IMG/VR virus record: IMGVR_UViG_3300046779_000451
Coordinates: 1 to 24,696 of that record
Reading direction: 5' to 3' (one strand)
DNA from: a virus
Lineage: Duplodnaviria; Caudoviricetes
DNA length: 24,696 nt
In this document: piece after piece, positions 1 through 9,152 of the stretch
Numbering within the stretch: position 1 is the first letter of the stretch
How the letters are laid out: each line of letters begins with the position of its first letter
Notes under the pieces: generated by a model
Told to the model about the DNA's origin: nothing
Database searches by the model: none
What the model saw: only the letters and a program-made list of their open reading frames with translations
Position numbers and translations under genes: made by a program

Positions 1-1083
1 GCAACTCCTAAAAACTATGAACATATTTTTGATAAATTCACTACATTGGGTGGAGAAGATATTATCAGTATAGACCAAAAGTATTTTACTTGGGAATATT
101 CTAATACTGATATGTTCACTATGGATTTAGTAGACTTAATAGGATTTGAACCAAGAACTCCTGATTCAGAAATAGAGCTACATCATATGGAGTTAGCATC
201 TGCTCTCCAAAGTTGGTATGAAAAGTGTTTCTACTATCTAATAAACTATTCAACAGAATATATTGAAAGTAAGAATTTAGTATTAGGTGGTGGATGTGCT
301 TACAACGGAACTGCTAATGGTAAAATAAAACAAAACACATCTATAAAGGATGTGTGGATTCCGTATGCTCCATCTGATGCAGGTTCTGCTATCGGTGCTT
401 GTTTATATGTTTGGCATGATGTTTTGGGTTATTCTAAAAAAAGAGGTGGTGATAACCAATCTCCATATTTAGGACCTGAATTTAGTAATGATGAAATAGA
501 ACAACTGATAAACAATCGAAATGATTTACACGTTAATTATTTGCAACATGATATAGATTTATGTAATTTGGTTTCTATTTTAATTAACAAAGGAAATATT
601 GTTGGTTGGTTTCAAGGTAGAACTGAATTTGGTGCAAGAGGATTGGGTAATCGTTCTATATTAGCAAATCCACATTTGCCAGATGTTAGAGATAGAATAA
701 ATAAAGTTGTTAAGAAGAGGGAGATGTTTAGACCATTTGCTCCATCTGTAACAATTGAAGATTATCAATTATATTTCGATTCAGAAGGGGAAGTACCTTA
801 TATGAATCAGGTTGTCAAAGTTAGTGGATACAAAGATATTCCATCTGTAACTCATGTTGACCGTTCAGCAAGAATACAGACAGTTAGACAGGAACAAAAT
901 CCATTATACTATCAATTATTAAAATCATTTGAAAAAGTAAGTGGAACTCCTATCCTATTAAACACATCATTTAATTTAAAAGGACACACAACAACAAATG
1001 ACCCACAAAAAGCATTGTGGACATTTATGAATTGTGATATGGATTATTTGATTATGAATAATTATATAATAAAGAAGATATAG
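1..1083 (+). CDS. Carbamoyltransferase, NodU/CmcH/TobZ family (5'-truncated by window edge)
   Basis: Frame is open from base 1 (ATPKNYEHIFDKFTTLGGED...), so TTG at 46 is probably not the true start. Family motifs: LGGGCAYN, PSDAGSAIGA, PYLGP, GRTEFGARGLGNRSILANP, KKREMFRPFAPS, VTHVDRSARIQTV, LLNTSFN. Confidence 0.93.
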   Translation, partial: ATPKNYEHIFDKFTTLGGEDIISIDQKYFTWEYSNTDMFTMDLVDLIGFEPRTPDSEIELHHMELASALQSWYEKCFYYLINYSTEYIESKNLVLGGGCAYNGTANGKIKQNTSIKDVWIPYAPSDAGSAIGACLYVWHDVLGYSKKRGGDNQSPYLGPEFSNDEIEQLINNRNDLHVNYLQHDIDLCNLVSILINKGNIVGWFQGRTEFGARGLGNRSILANPHLPDVRDRINKVVKKREMFRPFAPSVTIEDYQLYFDSEGEVPYMNQVVKVSGYKDIPSVTHVDRSARIQTVRQEQNPLYYQLLKSFEKVSGTPILLNTSFNLKGHTTTNDPQKALWTFMNCDMDYLIMNNYIIKKI

Positions 1084-1084
1084 T

Positions 1085-1489
1085 ATGAGCACAGAATTTA
1101 AGTTATTTGACGGTAAAGATTTATCATCGTTATTTAAAGATATTTACGAAAACCAACAAACCAAAAAGAAGAACATATCAGAAATGATTGAATCTCTTCG
1201 TAAGTTAATTCGTAATGTAGGAGAAGCAACAGTTCTTGCTCCTATTATTAGAGATTTGATTGATTCATCTATTAAGAATGATGACCATTTAATCAAATTA
1301 GCAACCATTGCTCAAAGATTAGCAATTGCCGATTCTAAAAGTATTGGAGAAGATGGTTGGTTGAGTGAAGCAGAGAAAGCACAACTTATAGGTGATATGG
1401 AAGATACTATAAATGAAATAGAAAAGAAAAACGATGAGAAGTTATTGGATATTCAAGTTGAAATAGAAGATATAAAAACAAAGATATAA
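1085..1489 (+). CDS. Hypothetical helical/coiled-coil phage protein (134 aa)
   Basis: ORF packed tightly against both neighbours (1-nt and 0-nt gaps); amphipathic helical pattern; no catalytic motif recognised. Confidence 0.75.
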   Translation: MSTEFKLFDGKDLSSLFKDIYENQQTKKKNISEMIESLRKLIRNVGEATVLAPIIRDLIDSSIKNDDHLIKLATIAQRLAIADSKSIGEDGWLSEAEKAQLIGDMEDTINEIEKKNDEKLLDIQVEIEDIKTKI

Positions 1490-2686
1490 ATGGAATCATT
1501 TTTAGCAACAGTTAGTAGTGTGTATCCAACTAATCAGGATTTTTTACCAAACGAAGGTAATGATAAAATTCCTGTTTACAATGAGAACAGTAAATTTTCG
1601 GATAAAGATGCCAGAATGTATGGTGCTATAAATTATTTAACTGAAACTGGTGTTAAAACTGATTATGCTTTTCCATTTGATAAAAATAATTTTACATTTC
1701 CAATTAAAGGTGAGACGGTTGTAATTTTCAAAATAGCAAATCAAACATTTTGGTTACCTTATACAAACACTCCATATTCAAATTATAGAAGAGATTATAT
1801 CACATATTCTGCAACAAAAGAAAGTGATGTTATTGAAGTTGGTGGAAGTAAGAGTGCAAGTGAATACAGAAGTGATGTAAATGCAGGTGGAACTACTACA
1901 AACGAAAATGAAGAAAAAGAAGATATAAAATATAATATAAACGAAAAAATTAAATTTATAAAACCAAAAGATGGTGATACTATTTTAAGTGGTAGAGTTG
2001 GCAATACAATTCGTTTATCTGAATTCTTTTTATCTCCTGATAATAAATCATATCCTGGTATATTCATTCGTAATAAACAAAATGCTGAATTAGATAGTAA
2101 ACCTATTGGAGAACTGATAGATGAGGATATAAATAAAGATGGAACATCGGTTTATATTGTATCTGGTAAAACAAAAGTTCCATTCAAAGAAACTATTAAA
2201 AAAGAAAAGAAAGCATTTAAATCATATCCGTCTGATTTTAGTGGAGACCAGATGTTTATAAACTCAGATAGAATTATACTATCTGCAAAAGCAAAAGAAT
2301 TTATTATATTTGGAAAAGGAAATACTGGTGTGATTACAGATGGTAATTATTCTATTGATTCTGCAAAAGAAGTTTATATAAATTCAGATAACAAAATAAC
2401 CATACATTCTAATGGTGCAAACCAAATATTTTTAAATTCAAGTAATGGTAAAATATTTTTAGGTAAGAATCAAGGAGCAGGAGGACAGGGTGCAGATGTT
2501 CAAAAGATGGTATTGGGTGGTGAGTTAGTTGCAATATTAAAAGAATTAATTCAAGCAATAAACTCACAAATATTTGCAACACCCGTTGGACCAACTATGA
2601 TGGGGCCTGCCAATAGAGCATCATTTATTGCAATACAAGGTAAGTTAAATACTTTACTTTCATCAACCAACTTTTTAAGTAAATAA
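1490..2686 (+). CDS. Baseplate hub/central spike protein (T4 gp5 / P2 gpV-like), no lysozyme domain evident
   Basis: N-terminal OB-fold-like motif (FPIKGETVVIF), GDTILSGRVGNTIRL, beta-helix-like C-terminal run (INSDRIILSAK, VYINSDNKITIHSN, KIFLG) and terminal VLGGELVAILKELI..TPVGPT segment; located upstream of gp25 and gp6 homologues. Confidence 0.7.
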   Translation: MESFLATVSSVYPTNQDFLPNEGNDKIPVYNENSKFSDKDARMYGAINYLTETGVKTDYAFPFDKNNFTFPIKGETVVIFKIANQTFWLPYTNTPYSNYRRDYITYSATKESDVIEVGGSKSASEYRSDVNAGGTTTNENEEKEDIKYNINEKIKFIKPKDGDTILSGRVGNTIRLSEFFLSPDNKSYPGIFIRNKQNAELDSKPIGELIDEDINKDGTSVYIVSGKTKVPFKETIKKEKKAFKSYPSDFSGDQMFINSDRIILSAKAKEFIIFGKGNTGVITDGNYSIDSAKEVYINSDNKITIHSNGANQIFLNSSNGKIFLGKNQGAGGQGADVQKMVLGGELVAILKELIQAINSQIFATPVGPTMMGPANRASFIAIQGKLNTLLSSTNFLSK

Positions 2687-2687
2687 A

Positions 2688-3914
2688 ATGTCTTGGATAT
2701 TATTCAAAGCAAATGTATTGGGAGCAATGGCAACTGGTCGTTTTTCAAATGACCCCGATGGTTTTGCAAGTTTCTATGCCAATGAATATGATAGATGTAT
2801 AAAGAGAGGTGGTGATATGTTATACGGTGTTCCTGTTTTAAACGGTAATGTACAAGGAATGACCGATGTTATAAAATCAGCTTTTAAAAAAGGACAAGAT
2901 AGTGATGGGGAAAATTTTAATTTATTAGGAGAAATTTATCCATCTGCATTCGATGCATATTGGTTAGGTGCAGAAATGGCTCCATTTCCAAATCCATTAT
3001 TAAGACCGTTAGGTTGGCAATCAACACCACCTGCACCAGGCGCAGTTATGAATATAGGTCCAAATCCAATATCATTAGCAGCATCTGCTGCAATAAACAA
3101 AGCATTAAAAGAAGCTGCACAGGCATTAGTTGATGAGTTAAAAAAACAAACAATAGATGTAGCTGGAACAGTTATAAATGTTTACGATACCGTTATTAAA
3201 TTATTAAAAAAAGAACAACTTGCAGATGAAGTTAAAAATCATCCTGCGGTTATTACAGGTAAAACGGTAATTGAAAAGTATAACGAAATTAAAAAGAAAA
3301 AACCATCAATTGGTTCTCAATTCAAAATGGCAATTAAATTTCCATTTCCAGAATTACCAAAGAAAAAAGATTTAGTTGAAAAAGCAAAATCAAAATTGAT
3401 GGAAGAAGCTATGAAGCAGATTGAAGAAAAATTGATTCCACCTATTTTGGAAAAAATATTACAACCAATAATAGCACCTATTCAATCTGCAATAGAATTA
3501 TCAAAATCAATTCCATCTCCAAAACCTACAAAAGAACAAATTAAAAAATCTGTAACTGATACTATTAATGGATTAAAACCTGAAATAGAATTACCGGATG
3601 TTGGTGTAAAATTACCAACAAAAGAAGAATTAAAAAAACAGATAAAGGATGGGTTACCTACCAAAGAAGAATTGGCTTCTATGGCATTTGATATGATTAA
3701 AGATTTAATACCCGATATTCCTAATATATGGTTTATACCGCCAACATTAGTTTTAACACCACCAACTAATATAATGCTAGACCCATTTGTAAATTTGGCA
3801 AAGGTGCATTTAATGGGAACGAGTGGAACTATGATGGTTATGGCACAATATCCACCACCGGCACCACCGGCACCTGGTATATTAGCATGGTCTGGATATA
3901 ATGTTATTGGGTAA
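2688..3914 (+). CDS. Hypothetical baseplate-associated protein with Lys/Pro-rich central repeats (408 aa)
   Basis: Directly follows the spike gene; Pro-rich motifs near both ends (STPPAPGA, YPPPAPPAPG); central LPKKKDL / PTKEQIKK / LPTKEELKK / LPTKEELAS repeats. Confidence 0.6.
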   Translation: MSWILFKANVLGAMATGRFSNDPDGFASFYANEYDRCIKRGGDMLYGVPVLNGNVQGMTDVIKSAFKKGQDSDGENFNLLGEIYPSAFDAYWLGAEMAPFPNPLLRPLGWQSTPPAPGAVMNIGPNPISLAASAAINKALKEAAQALVDELKKQTIDVAGTVINVYDTVIKLLKKEQLADEVKNHPAVITGKTVIEKYNEIKKKKPSIGSQFKMAIKFPFPELPKKKDLVEKAKSKLMEEAMKQIEEKLIPPILEKILQPIIAPIQSAIELSKSIPSPKPTKEQIKKSVTDTINGLKPEIELPDVGVKLPTKEELKKQIKDGLPTKEELASMAFDMIKDLIPDIPNIWFIPPTLVLTPPTNIMLDPFVNLAKVHLMGTSGTMMVMAQYPPPAPPAPGILAWSGYNVIG

Positions 3915-3927
3915 ATTTCAACTTATT

Positions 3928-3935
3928 ATATTTAT
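3928..3935 (+). promoter_or_regulatory. Putative phage promoter motif ATATTTAT
   Basis: In a 41-nt gap, 20 nt before ATG 3956; the same octamer recurs in the other long gaps. Confidence 0.65.
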
Positions 3936-3955
3936 TACTAAACAAACACTTTTTT

Positions 3956-4459
3956 ATGAAATCAGAAATTTTAGTAACCCTTATTAAAGAGGTTGTAAAA
4001 AACGAGGTTAAGCAGCAAGTTAAAGAAGAACTTGTTAAACTTATCAAATCTGGCGCAGTTACATTAAACTCACAAAAAAAATCTACACCATCGTTAGCAG
4101 AATTAACGGAGGTGAATACTACTGCTCCTGTTAGAAAGCAGACGGTAGTTCCAACTCAACAAAGAACTCAACAACCACAGAGGGAATTTACAAAAGACCC
4201 CATGATTAATGAGATTTTAAATATGACAACTCCATTTACATCTGCACAAAGAGCAGAAGGAGCAGGAGCAGGTGGTAGCGTATTGGATATGTTACAACCA
4301 CAGATGAGTGAAGAAGATGGATGGGATACTATGGATTTTAGAGGTGCAGGTATTCCTCAAAATATCCCACAACAATTGGAATCAACGGGAGATAAATTGC
4401 AAGATGCAACTATGAAAGCATTGACAAGAAATTACGCAGATTTAGTTAAAAGATTTTAA
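3956..4459 (+). CDS. Hypothetical protein (167 aa) in baseplate cluster
   Basis: Helical N-terminus (LIKEVVKNEVKQQVKEEL), Q/T/P-rich disordered middle, C-terminal ALTRNYADLVKRF; own upstream motif. Confidence 0.75.
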   Translation: MKSEILVTLIKEVVKNEVKQQVKEELVKLIKSGAVTLNSQKKSTPSLAELTEVNTTAPVRKQTVVPTQQRTQQPQREFTKDPMINEILNMTTPFTSAQRAEGAGAGGSVLDMLQPQMSEEDGWDTMDFRGAGIPQNIPQQLESTGDKLQDATMKALTRNYADLVKRF

Positions 4460-4461
4460 TA

Positions 4462-4899
4462 ATGGCAATAGAGCTTGGTAGAGTTAATGTAGCGGATTTA
4501 GTAGAAAACGACTATAAAGTATTAGGTATCGGTATTAATAAAAGTTCCGATTCCAATGGTATATTTTCTGTTAATTTCACTACACTCAATCAGGCAAAAG
4601 ATAATTTAAAAAATCTAATCCTAACAAGAAAAGGAGAAAGATTAATGCAACCTGAATTTGGATGTGATATTTGGAAAGTGTTGTTTGAACCATTGGATGG
4701 AGAAGCAGTAGAGCGAGTTATAGAAAACAGTATCGTAGAAGCAGTTTCTATATGGTTGCCATACTTAAATATTGATACCATTGTATTTGATTACGATGAA
4801 AATGATATAGATAATCATAGAATAATTTTGGATATTAAATTTTCATTAGTATCAAATCCAAACTTATCAGAGACAATACAAATAAATGTAAATAATTAA
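4462..4899 (+). CDS. Baseplate wedge / sheath-initiator protein, T4 gp25 / P2 gpW-like
   Basis: Family signature NLKNLILTRKGERLMQPEFGCDIWKVLFEP and AVSIWLPYLNI; 145 aa; immediately before the gp6-like gene. Confidence 0.9.
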   Translation: MAIELGRVNVADLVENDYKVLGIGINKSSDSNGIFSVNFTTLNQAKDNLKNLILTRKGERLMQPEFGCDIWKVLFEPLDGEAVERVIENSIVEAVSIWLPYLNIDTIVFDYDENDIDNHRIILDIKFSLVSNPNLSETIQINVNN

Positions 4900-4901
4900 T
4901 A

Positions 4902-6926
4902 ATGGCACTTAAACCACTTGATAAAAATTGGGGTAATCAAAATAAAAACATAAACTATGTTGGTAAAGATTTTGCTGCATTAAAGCAAGTTTTAATTGAT
5001 TATACTAAAACATATTTTCCAAACACATATTCGGATTTCAATGATGCATCTCCTGGTATGGTTTTCATTGAGCAAGCAGCTGCAATCGGTGATGTTCTTT
5101 CATTTTATCAAGATACTCAATTAAAAGAATCTATATTATCATATGCTTCTGAAAAGAAAAATGTGATAGCATTGGCACAAAATATGGGTTATAAACCAAA
5201 GGTAACATCTCCTGCGGTTACAACTCTTACCGTATATCAGGTAGTTCCATCCAATGGACAAACGGGTATATCAAATGCACCAGATACCAGATACCTTTTT
5301 AAAATAAAAGATGGAATGGAGGTAGAATCAACAACAAATTCAAATGTTGTTTTTAGAACGGTGGATGCCGTAGATTTCGCAAACGCAACCGATAGAGAAA
5401 TAGAAGTTTACGAAAGAGATTCTAATTCAGGAGTTCCAACAAGATATTTAATAACAAAGAAAGTAAAAGCAATTTCTGCAAGAGAAGTTTCTACATCTAT
5501 TTCGTTTGGAGATGATACAGATTATCCAACTGGCACTTTAACAGATACGAATATTATTGGTATAGTATCTGTTGTAGATAATGATGGTAATGTATATTAC
5601 GAAGTTCCATATTTGGCACAAGAAACTATATTTTCGGAACAACCAAATACCGATTATAATTCAGAATTGTCCGAATACGCAAGTGAAGTTCCTTATATAT
5701 TGGAAGTAAAAACAGTTCCTTATAGATTTTCTGTTAAAGTAAATTCGGATAATACTGTTGATTTGCAATTTGGTAGTGGTGATGTTAGATTAAATGATGA
5801 GCAAATACTACCAAATACAAAAAATGTAGGATTGGGGTTAGCTAATTCGGTTCAAAGATTGAATCAAGGTATTGACCCATCCAATTTCTTAAAAACAAAT
5901 ACATTTGGTATAGCACCTATAAACACATCTTTAACTGTAAAGTATTTAGTTGGTGGTGGTATAGAATCTAATGTGAATACAGGTGATTTAACTACAATTA
6001 GAAGAATAGAATTCGAAGAAGACCTTTTATCGATACCAGATATTTTATTAACATCATATAATGATTCAAAATCAACAATAGCAGTTGAAAATTTAGAACC
6101 TGCAATTGGTGGAAGAGGTGGTGAATCTATTGAAGAAATCAGACAAAATGCATTAGCAACATTTGGTTCTCAAAATAGAGCAGTAACTAGACAGGATTAT
6201 ATTGTAAGAGCATTATCTATGCCAGAAAGATATGGTAGTGTTGCGAAGGTATATGTATCACCTGATGGAGAGATTGATAATAATTCACCATCATCTATTC
6301 TTGCTAATCCAAAAAATATAGCAGAATTTGTTGGCATAGTTGAAGGTTTAAAGGATAAACCAAAGCAAGATATTCAAACGGAATTAGTTAAATATCTTTC
6401 ACAAAAGAAAACATCATTAGCAGAGGTAAATAACCCATTTGCAATTAATATGTATGTTTTAGGATATGATAGTAATAAAAATTTAACTAATCTAAATCAG
6501 GCAATCAAACAAAACCTTAAAACTTATTTAGGTGAGTATAGAATGCTTACAGATGGTGTAAATATAATTGATGGATTTATTGTAAACATCGGATGTGATT
6601 TTGAAGTTATATGTTATTCTAATTATAACAAAAGAGAAGTTCTTGCAAACTGTTTATTAAAAGTGCAAGAATATTTTAACATAGATAATTGGACATTCAA
6701 CAAACCAATTAACATTTCGGAAATAGAATTAATATTAGCAAATGTTGAAGGAGTAATGAGTGTTCCATCTGTTAAGATTTCCAACTTATGTTGTGTAGAT
6801 GCTTATTCAGATAATAGTTATAACATAGAACAAGCAACAAAGGGTAAGATAGTATATCCATCATTAGACCCTTGCGTTTTTGAAGTTAAATATCCAAATA
6901 AAGACATTAAAGGGAGGGCTATATAA
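4902..6926 (+). CDS. Baseplate wedge subunit, T4 gp6 / baseplate J-like (674 aa)
   Basis: KDFAALKQVLIDY..YSDFNDASPGMVF..GDVLSFYQD, LAQNMGYKP, LQFGSG, GGRGGESIEEIRQNA..SQNRAVTRQDY, NVEGV. Confidence 0.9.
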   Translation: MALKPLDKNWGNQNKNINYVGKDFAALKQVLIDYTKTYFPNTYSDFNDASPGMVFIEQAAAIGDVLSFYQDTQLKESILSYASEKKNVIALAQNMGYKPKVTSPAVTTLTVYQVVPSNGQTGISNAPDTRYLFKIKDGMEVESTTNSNVVFRTVDAVDFANATDREIEVYERDSNSGVPTRYLITKKVKAISAREVSTSISFGDDTDYPTGTLTDTNIIGIVSVVDNDGNVYYEVPYLAQETIFSEQPNTDYNSELSEYASEVPYILEVKTVPYRFSVKVNSDNTVDLQFGSGDVRLNDEQILPNTKNVGLGLANSVQRLNQGIDPSNFLKTNTFGIAPINTSLTVKYLVGGGIESNVNTGDLTTIRRIEFEEDLLSIPDILLTSYNDSKSTIAVENLEPAIGGRGGESIEEIRQNALATFGSQNRAVTRQDYIVRALSMPERYGSVAKVYVSPDGEIDNNSPSSILANPKNIAEFVGIVEGLKDKPKQDIQTELVKYLSQKKTSLAEVNNPFAINMYVLGYDSNKNLTNLNQAIKQNLKTYLGEYRMLTDGVNIIDGFIVNIGCDFEVICYSNYNKREVLANCLLKVQEYFNIDNWTFNKPINISEIELILANVEGVMSVPSVKISNLCCVDAYSDNSYNIEQATKGKIVYPSLDPCVFEVKYPNKDIKGRAI

Positions 6927-7990
6927 TGCATAAATTTTATACATCATCATACGATGCAAGTATCTACTTACAACAACCTGACCAAAACGCAGGTAGAGAT
7001 GAAATATTGGAAGTAGGTAAATTATATTATGGAACTATAAAAGATGTTTATAGAACTGTAATAAAATTTGATGTGTCCAATTTGGAAACGGGTAGTGGGT
7101 GGAAAGCATACTTAAACTTAAAAGCAGCTAATTCCGAAGAAATACCTTTACAATATACAATTTATGCCAACGCAGTTTCTCAAAGTTGGACAATGGGAAC
7201 TGGAACAAAGTTTGATAATATAACAACTGATGGTGTTAGTTGGAAATATAGAAACGGTGTAGATAAATGGGTTTCATACGATACAACTGGTGGAACGGCA
7301 GTATATACATCAAACACAACAGGTTCGGCAAATGCAGAAGGTGGTGTTTGGTATTTAAGTGGTTCTGCATCGCAATCATTTAATTATGAAAGTGATGATG
7401 TAAGAATGGATGTAACCGATATGGTAAATATATGGTTAAGTGGTTCTGTATCTAATAATGGATTAATTGTTCACCATAGTTTAGATGCTGAAAACGATAC
7501 ATTAGATTATGGTGTTCTTAAATTCTTTTCAAAAGAAACTAACACTATCTATCAACCTAAATTAGAAATTGTTTGGGATGATAGTTCTATTGTTACTGGT
7601 AGTTTATCACCTGTAACAGGTTCAGCAGAAGAAGGATATAAGGTTGTTGTTACAAACTTAAAAACACAATACGAAGCAAATACTAAGGTAAAAGTTAGAG
7701 TTAAAGGTAGAGATAAGTATCCATCTAAATCATTTGGAACTACATTCTCATATGACCAATCTAAATACTTACCAACAACAACATATTATCAGTTAGAAGA
7801 TTATATTACAAACGAAATTATATTCCCATTTGGAGATTATACAAAAGTTAGTTGTGATTCAACTTCGAATTACTTTATAATGGATTTATCAACACTACCT
7901 ATAAACAGAACATACTTACTAAAATTAAAAATAGTTGAAGGTGGTATTTCTACTATAATAGATGATAAATTAAAATTTGAAATAATATAA
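6926..7990 (+). CDS. DNRLRE-like beta-sandwich virion protein (354 aa)
   Basis: Pattern DASIY..P..N.G.DEILEV / R..IKFD / AYLNL / DVTDMVNIW..NNGL / FFSKE..PKLEIVW; TAATG overlap with the gp6-like gene. Confidence 0.65.
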   Translation: MHKFYTSSYDASIYLQQPDQNAGRDEILEVGKLYYGTIKDVYRTVIKFDVSNLETGSGWKAYLNLKAANSEEIPLQYTIYANAVSQSWTMGTGTKFDNITTDGVSWKYRNGVDKWVSYDTTGGTAVYTSNTTGSANAEGGVWYLSGSASQSFNYESDDVRMDVTDMVNIWLSGSVSNNGLIVHHSLDAENDTLDYGVLKFFSKETNTIYQPKLEIVWDDSSIVTGSLSPVTGSAEEGYKVVVTNLKTQYEANTKVKVRVKGRDKYPSKSFGTTFSYDQSKYLPTTTYYQLEDYITNEIIFPFGDYTKVSCDSTSNYFIMDLSTLPINRTYLLKLKIVEGGISTIIDDKLKFEII

Positions 7991-9147
7991 TGGCACTAAC
8001 ATCATTAGAAGCAATTGCAGAAAAGTTAGCAGATAAACGAAAAGAAGATTTAGAATCTATTTTAAGTATATCTGGTTCTTCTGCTATTTCTAAAAACAAT
8101 TACGGAATAACTATCGTAGATGCTGAAAATGTAGCATCTTCTTTGTTGTTTAAATCTTTAACTAAAACAAAGCAAGATGATGTTGAGTTAGTTAAAGCAG
8201 TTGATGTTGAGGTTAAAGAATTAAAACCAACAATACCAACACCTAATTTAGATTTAGTTCCACGTCCATTATATACTGAGCAAGTTGATTTAAATACGGA
8301 TTTAAGAAAACAAGTTGCCGATTTAACAACAACTGTAACTGATTTAAATGGACAGGTTACAACTTTAAAATCGGAAGTAGAAACACAAATAAATAATAGA
8401 TTGAACATAGAGCAAACAAATGATGCTCTTGTAAATCAAACAGAATCTCTTACAAAAGTAGTTGGTGATTTTTCAACTCAAATACAAAATGCGGTTCAAA
8501 AATCAGTTGATGAATCTATTTTAAGAGCATCTTTGCAAGCACAAAATACTGGTTTCAAAGCACAGATAAATGCTTTGATTAAACAAATCGATTCCCTAAA
8601 TGCAATCATCGAAGGTTTACAATCTCAATTAGGAGCAGTTCAACAACAACAAGCAATTCAACAATCAACTGTTGCAAATGCAGCGGCAAGTGGTGGAGAC
8701 CCATTTGTAAACGCAGTTATTGCTAAATTTAACGGTGAATCAAGTTGGACAACACAAACTACTGGATTATTTGCAAAAATAAATGCAGATTCTTATGAAA
8801 GTAAATGGGTTAGAAACGGTAAACTTACTTTAACAAATAATGATAAATCCGCAGTTAAAGTTAGTATGGCATTTAAATCTGCAAATGGTTGGGATTGGTT
8901 ATCTATACCTAAAAATAATTTTGATTTGGCAGCAGGTGCAACAGAAGATATTATATTTGGTATAAACTCAAAAGCAGTTCCTCGTAGTGCAGATTCAACA
9001 TCAACTAATTGGCTATTAACTACCACTTGGGGAAATAGTAAAAATTACGATGGAACTTTAAAATTAACAATAACAAAAGCAGATGGAACATCTCAATCAA
9101 AAGATTACCCTGCTAGTTTCCAAAAATCTAACCCTGGAAGTTATTAA
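7990..9147 (+). CDS. Putative fibre: long coiled coil plus C-terminal Ig-like (BACON-like) domain (385 aa)
   Basis: Heptad pattern ~8270-8670 (LRKQVADLTTTVTDLNGQVTTLKSEV; LIKQIDSLNAIIEGLQSQL); C-terminal LTLTNND..WDWLSI..LAAGATEDIIF..YDGTLKLTI. Confidence 0.55.
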   Translation: MALTSLEAIAEKLADKRKEDLESILSISGSSAISKNNYGITIVDAENVASSLLFKSLTKTKQDDVELVKAVDVEVKELKPTIPTPNLDLVPRPLYTEQVDLNTDLRKQVADLTTTVTDLNGQVTTLKSEVETQINNRLNIEQTNDALVNQTESLTKVVGDFSTQIQNAVQKSVDESILRASLQAQNTGFKAQINALIKQIDSLNAIIEGLQSQLGAVQQQQAIQQSTVANAAASGGDPFVNAVIAKFNGESSWTTQTTGLFAKINADSYESKWVRNGKLTLTNNDKSAVKVSMAFKSANGWDWLSIPKNNFDLAAGATEDIIFGINSKAVPRSADSTSTNWLLTTTWGNSKNYDGTLKLTITKADGTSQSKDYPASFQKSNPGSY

Positions 9148-9152
9148 CAGAT

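Noticed and set aside
46-48. TTG start for the carbamoyltransferase
   Set aside because: The frame is open to base 1 and the family's N-terminal motifs are missing, so the gene begins upstream of the window.
1085-1489. Small terminase subunit call for the 134-aa helical protein
   Set aside because: Size and helicity fit, but there is no recognisable motif and no adjacent large terminase.
1490-6926. Bacterial eCIS, tailocin or T6SS locus interpretation
   Set aside because: Linked primase, T7-type resolvase, Mre11-Rad50 fusion, tight unidirectional packing and lack of cellular housekeeping genes indicate a phage genome.
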